Positions 6,275 through 10,209 of a stretch of DNA of 10,209 nucleotides are shown piece by piece. The DNA comes from a bacterium. GTDB lineage: Bacteria > Arandabacterota > Arandabacteria > Arandabacterales > JALGWA01. Every line of letters starts with the position of its first letter. The stretch's first letter is position 1. The stretch covers positions 1 through 10,209 of the forward strand of contig JASFEA010000117.1 in the NCBI GenBank assembly GCA_050125095.1. The letters are read 5' to 3'. The notes under the pieces are model-generated. The model saw only the letters and a program-made list of their open reading frames with translations, did no database searches and was not told the origin of the DNA. The position numbers and the translations under genes were made by a program.

Positions 6275-8434
6275 ATGGACGAGCGTCACCTTTCATCGCT
6301 ACCATTTGAATTGGCCTATCTTGCAATGCTCACGAGGCGCGGCGTCAAGCGCCTGAGCCGGTGGGAGCGAAGCCTCTCGCCCGAGCATACTGACCTCATC
6401 AGGAGCATGGGCCTTCATGTGAGGCCGGTCACGCGGCGCACGCTCTTCGGAAGAAAAGTGAGCGAGACCGTGTTTGCGGCGCGAGAAGCAGCCGCCGATT
6501 TCTATGTCTCCCGTTTCGACGGCAAGCGTCTCTCGTCCTCTCCGGAGGAGACCAGGCTCAAGGGTTTCATGTTCGGGTATCCCTCATGCTGCGTGGAGGA
6601 GTTCATACGCCACCCGTATTCTAAGAACGGCCTGAGCCGGAGGGACCAGCGCATCCTCTTCCACTGGGCCTGCCCGGGCTGCAAGGTGACTCCCGGCCTC
6701 ATCAAGGAGTACGGGGACATATACCGCGAGTGCGCGAAGGTACTCGTAAGGGCACCGGCGCACCACGCGACTTCTGCCGCGAGCAGGAAGCGCGATGCAT
6801 TCCCGGTACTGCGGCTCCTGCGCCAGGCCTCCGTCCCTGCCGCCGCGGGCCTCGCAGCCATGTTGCTGCTGCCGGCCGCGGCCCGCGGAGACGATCCCCA
6901 CTGGCTCGCAGTTCCCGACGATCTCGACAGCGACTACGCCAGCTTCGCCGAGGAGGTTCTGGCCGGCTACTCCTGGAGGGGGGCATACAGCGTGAGCGAC
7001 AGCCTCCTCGACGGCGTTTATCTCGCTCATTTCCTGCACGCCATGATCGAGAGCCTGCCGGATACGCCTCAGACCGACCAGCCTTATAAAGAGTATGAGT
7101 TTGTGTACGGCATCGAGACATGCGATGTCTGTGGAGCCGATTTCAACATGGGCAGCATCCGTATCGTAAACCCCCAGCGCGGGCTCGAGATGGAGTTTCC
7201 CATCATAGGGCTTCACTATCTCGAGCACGGCAGTCTCTCCTATATGGGAACGGTGCACGACGGCCGCGTTGATCTCTATGCGCTAAAGCGCGTGCTTCTG
7301 GCCGGCGACGGATCCCATCACCTTACCTATGAAGGCGACGCCGACGCCGACGGGCTTTTCCCGGAGGAAGAGGCGTATCTGGGCACCAACCCCACTGACC
7401 CCGACAGCGATGATGACTCGGTGAAGGACGGGCCCCAGTATTTCGAAGGCCTGGTGGAGGCCCTCAGCCAGGTCTCCCGGACGCCTTCGGATACCGAGCC
7501 CTATATAGAGGAATGGTTCGCTCGCGGCAAGGAACAATGCGAGATCTGCGGCCAGTGGTTCAACATGGGCTATGTCGTGGTTAACAATACCAGCGAGGGC
7601 CTCTCGCTCATGCTTCCCTATGTGAGCGTTCACTGCCTCACCCACGGGTCGGCGGTGTTCAACGGCACGACAAACGACGGCCGCATTCTCCCGGTGCTCC
7701 TAAACACGGCCTTGAGGGGCGACGGCCAAATGCACTGGCTCGAGGTCGAGGATGACGGAGACGGAGACGGCCTCAAGGACGTGGAGGAATCGCACTTCGG
7801 TCTCGATTCCGGCCTCTACGACTCCGACGGCAACGGCGTGCCCGACGGGCCGCAACTGGCCGGCATCATGCACGATATCATCGCCGGACTCCCGGAGGGC
7901 GAGACGCCTGATACCACTTATGTGGTTCACAACTACACCGTGGGGTCTTACCCCTGCCTTATTTGCGGCGAGGACATCAATATGGGATTCATGGAAATAG
8001 TGAATCCGCAGAACGGGACGAGCATTTCACTTCCCTATTACAACCTCCACTTCATGGAGCACGGCAGTTTCGAAACCGACCGCTCCGACATATATGCGAG
8101 GATCGACCCCAGGGACATCGATGCCGTCATAGATGCGAGCGCGCATGTTCCGCAGGGTCCTGCACAGGCGAGCCCGGTGCAGGTGTTTCCCAACCCGTTT
8201 ACGGAAAAGACGCGGGTTGTGCTTAACCTACCCGTGGCTGCCGCGGTGGACGTGAGCGTATTCGACGTCAACGGGCGCAGCGTCTTGAGTAAACGAACGG
8301 AAGCCGAAAAGAGGACCGAGTTCTTCTGGTACGGCCGGGACGCCGAGGGCAATGCCCTGCCGCCGGGAGTATACTTCTTCCGCTTCGACTTCGACGGCAC
8401 AACGCTCACCAGGAAGGTGATGTTGCTGAGGTGA
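6275..8434 (+). CDS. Multidomain protein: GYPxCC (DUF483-like) N-terminal domain, internal signal/TM-like segment, 3 x 139-aa repeats with DxDxDG and CxxC...HxxxH motifs, C-terminal FlgD-Ig / T9SS-type domain, 719 aa
   Basis: Start reassigned to ATG 6275 (SD AGGAGGT at 6261-6267). Motifs: GFMFGYPSCCVEEF (6563-6604), FHWACPGC (6659-6682), RLLRQASVPAAAGLAAMLLLPAAARG|DD (ends 6889). Repeat CxxC codons lie at 7121, 7538 and 7955. The CTD spans 8183-8434 (VFPNPF...VFDVNGR...WYGRD...PGVYFFR...RKVMLLR). Confidence 0.85.
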   Translation: MDERHLSSLPFELAYLAMLTRRGVKRLSRWERSLSPEHTDLIRSMGLHVRPVTRRTLFGRKVSETVFAAREAAADFYVSRFDGKRLSSSPEETRLKGFMFGYPSCCVEEFIRHPYSKNGLSRRDQRILFHWACPGCKVTPGLIKEYGDIYRECAKVLVRAPAHHATSAASRKRDAFPVLRLLRQASVPAAAGLAAMLLLPAAARGDDPHWLAVPDDLDSDYASFAEEVLAGYSWRGAYSVSDSLLDGVYLAHFLHAMIESLPDTPQTDQPYKEYEFVYGIETCDVCGADFNMGSIRIVNPQRGLEMEFPIIGLHYLEHGSLSYMGTVHDGRVDLYALKRVLLAGDGSHHLTYEGDADADGLFPEEEAYLGTNPTDPDSDDDSVKDGPQYFEGLVEALSQVSRTPSDTEPYIEEWFARGKEQCEICGQWFNMGYVVVNNTSEGLSLMLPYVSVHCLTHGSAVFNGTTNDGRILPVLLNTALRGDGQMHWLEVEDDGDGDGLKDVEESHFGLDSGLYDSDGNGVPDGPQLAGIMHDIIAGLPEGETPDTTYVVHNYTVGSYPCLICGEDINMGFMEIVNPQNGTSISLPYYNLHFMEHGSFETDRSDIYARIDPRDIDAVIDASAHVPQGPAQASPVQVFPNPFTEKTRVVLNLPVAAAVDVSVFDVNGRSVLSKRTEAEKRTEFFWYGRDAEGNALPPGVYFFRFDFDGTTLTRKVMLLR

Positions 8435-8540
8435 TGCTGCCGACGTAAGCCTTCATAGACAACAACTTACCCCTGCCCCCTATACTCTATCTCTGCGCTT
8501 ACCTTTATGCGAATAAAAGTGACTAGGTTTTAAGTATGCA

Positions 8541-8569
8541 TTGACCGGGGCGTCGGCATATGCTATAAT
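8541..8569 (+). promoter_or_regulatory. Near-consensus sigma70 promoter for the paralog pair
   Basis: TTGACC (8541-8546), 17-nt spacer, TATAAT (8564-8569), with extended -10 TGn (tgc, 8561-8563) and AT-rich upstream sequence (aataaaagt...ttttaagt). Confidence 0.85.
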
Positions 8570-8690
8570 GCATTGGCTAAGGTGTGTTCGCCATATTCAC
8601 CCCTAGGCCTCGGCTCGTGAGAAAGCGGGAGAATTGGTTGAATAATTGTCTCTGCACTTGCCGGGAGTGTAGGCGAAGGAGGTGAAGAGC

Positions 8691-9401
8691 TTGAAAAGAG
8701 CTGCGATTCTGTATTTCTTGGTTGTTTTTGTAATGGCAGTAGCGGTCTACGCCGACGCTCCGATCAACGATATTTACCAGTCACCTGGTGATATCAACGA
8801 GGGAAGGTTTAGCGAGGCTTATATCGGCGGCGGCCAGGGCCAGGTGGACAATACCGTGCACGCTGAGTCCTGGGACGGTTACGACCTGGGTCTGCAGTGG
8901 AAGGTGCTCTGTCCCGTGATGGCGTATCCGCCTGAACTCATCGAGGACACGGTGGACGAATACGGCAACGGGCACAGGGTTTATCGCACTGTCTACGCGA
9001 ACGGGGAGTTCTGGCTTTCGGGCACCGGTGCGTGGAGCAGCGGCGATGCGTACTACTCGGGCGACCTCGAGCACTACGTGCATACGACCACTATGCAGAT
9101 TGCCGGGGGCGAGGTAGTCGCCTACAACACGAACGCGCAGATGACCGGGCGTTTCCACGGTTATCAGGAGACGTGCATGCAGCTGACGATCGCCAACGCG
9201 GTCCTCGTAGGCATGGCTGGTGTGCCGCCGGCTGACTATCCGGTCCTCAAGGACGGGACCTCTGGCAGTTGTCTGGATGCCGCTGGAGGTTACATCGGCG
9301 AATGGGGCAATGTCTGGGCGATCACCATGATCATCCAGGGTTGCGAACCGACAGCGAGCGAGGAATCAAGCTGGGGTGCCATCAAGAGCTTGTATCGCTA
9401 A
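8691..9401 (+). CDS. Secreted protein of unknown function, paralog A, ending SWGAIKSLYR, ~236 aa
   Basis: SD AAGGAGGTGA (8676-8685) overlaps the GTG at 8682, so TTG 8691 is the more plausible start. Signal peptide MKRAAILYFLVVFVMAVAVYA|DA. Colinear similarity to 9439..10128. Confidence 0.88.
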   Translation: MKRAAILYFLVVFVMAVAVYADAPINDIYQSPGDINEGRFSEAYIGGGQGQVDNTVHAESWDGYDLGLQWKVLCPVMAYPPELIEDTVDEYGNGHRVYRTVYANGEFWLSGTGAWSSGDAYYSGDLEHYVHTTTMQIAGGEVVAYNTNAQMTGRFHGYQETCMQLTIANAVLVGMAGVPPADYPVLKDGTSGSCLDAAGGYIGEWGNVWAITMIIQGCEPTASEESSWGAIKSLYR

Positions 9402-9438
9402 AGACAGTTTACACTAACTGGTCGAAGGGGGTGAAATA

Positions 9439-10128
9439 ATGAAAGTAGTTATCGCTCCGGCTGTTGTATTAGCACTTCTTGTGGCAATGCCGGTGCTGGC
9501 CGGCACGCCGCTCGACGGGACGTACAAGTCCCTGGACGGCGACATGGCCAACGGCAGGTTCAGCGAATCATGGTATGGTGGCGGCCAGGGGCAGATCGGC
9601 AACACGGTGCACTCGATGTCGTACGATGTCACGGGCGCCGTAAACGAGTGGAGGATCTGGTGTCCATCGCTGGCTGAGGCGCCTGTCTTGATTGCCGACA
9701 ATCGCGATGCCAACGGTACGGGCCAGGTAGAGTATCAGTCGACTTATCAGGGCGGGTACTTCTGGCTTACCGGCACAGGCCCATGGGGAACCGGGGACGC
9801 TGAGTACACCGGTTACTTCACAATCTATATCCATAACACCACATTCATCTTCTTCAACAACATTCCCATCAGCTACACAACCAATGCACAGATGGAGGGT
9901 TTCTTCGACGGTTATTGCAAGTGCATTCTGGTAGTGGCCAATGGGGCGAGTGTGGGTAATGGTGCGCAGCCCTCGGACTACCCGGCGTTCCTCGAAAGCG
10001 ACTGCGACGAGGACACTGGCCTTACAGGCGAGTGGGGTACGGTGGCTGACATCACCATGACGATTTACCAGTGCGCCAGCGCGGCGGAACAGTCGACCTG
10101 GGGCACTATCAAGTCGCTTTACAGGTAG
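9439..10128 (+). CDS. Secreted protein of unknown function, paralog B, ending TWGTIKSLYR, 229 aa
   Basis: SD AAGGGGGTGA before ATG 9439. Signal peptide MKVVIAPAVVLALLVAMPVLA|G. Shares GRFSE, GGGQGQxxNTVH, WxxxCP, FWLxGTGxW, TNAQMxGxFxGY, PxDYP and GEWGxVxxITM with the upstream gene. Tandem TAGTAG stop. Confidence 0.9.
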   Translation: MKVVIAPAVVLALLVAMPVLAGTPLDGTYKSLDGDMANGRFSESWYGGGQGQIGNTVHSMSYDVTGAVNEWRIWCPSLAEAPVLIADNRDANGTGQVEYQSTYQGGYFWLTGTGPWGTGDAEYTGYFTIYIHNTTFIFFNNIPISYTTNAQMEGFFDGYCKCILVVANGASVGNGAQPSDYPAFLESDCDEDTGLTGEWGTVADITMTIYQCASAAEQSTWGTIKSLYR

Positions 10129-10157
10129 TAGGACTAACTAGCTAGTCAGTTCTGCAC

Positions 10158-10200
10158 AGGGCGGCAGGTGTTTGACCGGGCACCTGCCGCCTTTATATTT
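10158..10200 (+). terminator. Rho-independent terminator
   Basis: Perfect 11-bp stem GGCGGCAGGTG (10160-10170) / CACCTGCCGCC (10181-10191) followed by TTTATATTT, about 30 nt after the stop codon. Confidence 0.88.
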
Positions 10201-10209
10201 CTGCATGCT

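Noticed and set aside
6782-6810. SRKRDAF as a Tat motif
   Set aside because: It has no twin arginine and does not match S/T-R-R-x-F-L-K.
7121-7970. CxxC motifs as c-type heme-binding sites
   Set aside because: They are CxxCG, not CxxCH.
1719-8434. Genes 2 and 4 both being exactly 2160 nt with the reassigned starts
   Set aside because: They share no similarity outside the CTD, so this is treated as coincidence.
1652-9834. Numerous alternative-frame and antisense ORFs (e.g. 2610..3338 -, 6584..7258 -, 5721..6143 -)
   Set aside because: They overlap well-supported genes, have no recognisable motifs, and are the expected shadow ORFs of GC-rich coding DNA.

Overview
GC-rich bacterial window with six + strand genes. 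In order: (1) a 5'-truncated protein with two class-I glutamine-amidotransferase-like (DUF4350/GldG-type) domains; (2) a secreted M6 (immune inhibitor A-type) zinc metalloprotease with a FlgD-Ig/T9SS-like C-terminal domain; (3) a secreted protein with three DUF11-like repeats bracketed by a duplicated Cys-rich domain; (4) an unusual fusion of a GYPxCC (DUF483-like) domain, an internal signal-peptide-like segment, three 139-aa CxxC...HxxxH repeats and a FlgD-Ig/T9SS-like tail; (5, 6) two paralogous small secreted proteins between a near-consensus sigma70 promoter and an intrinsic terminator. The five exported proteins use two mutually exclusive C-terminal tags: the ~85-aa PNPF...KVxLLR domain (genes 2, 4), or a 14-aa xExx(S/T)WGx(I/L)K(A/S)(L/M)(Y/F)R* motif (genes 3, 5, 6). 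The latter is a candidate poorly characterised protein-sorting signal. Intergenic regions carry a dispersed 24-bp REP-like repeat (GGGGTCAGGTCTTRAAATGCACA[A/T]) and a 7 x 15-bp tandem repeat. The protein style suggests an FCB-group candidate phylum such as Eisenbacteria, Krumholzibacteriota or Latescibacterota (inference only). Family names are from motif recognition, not database searches.
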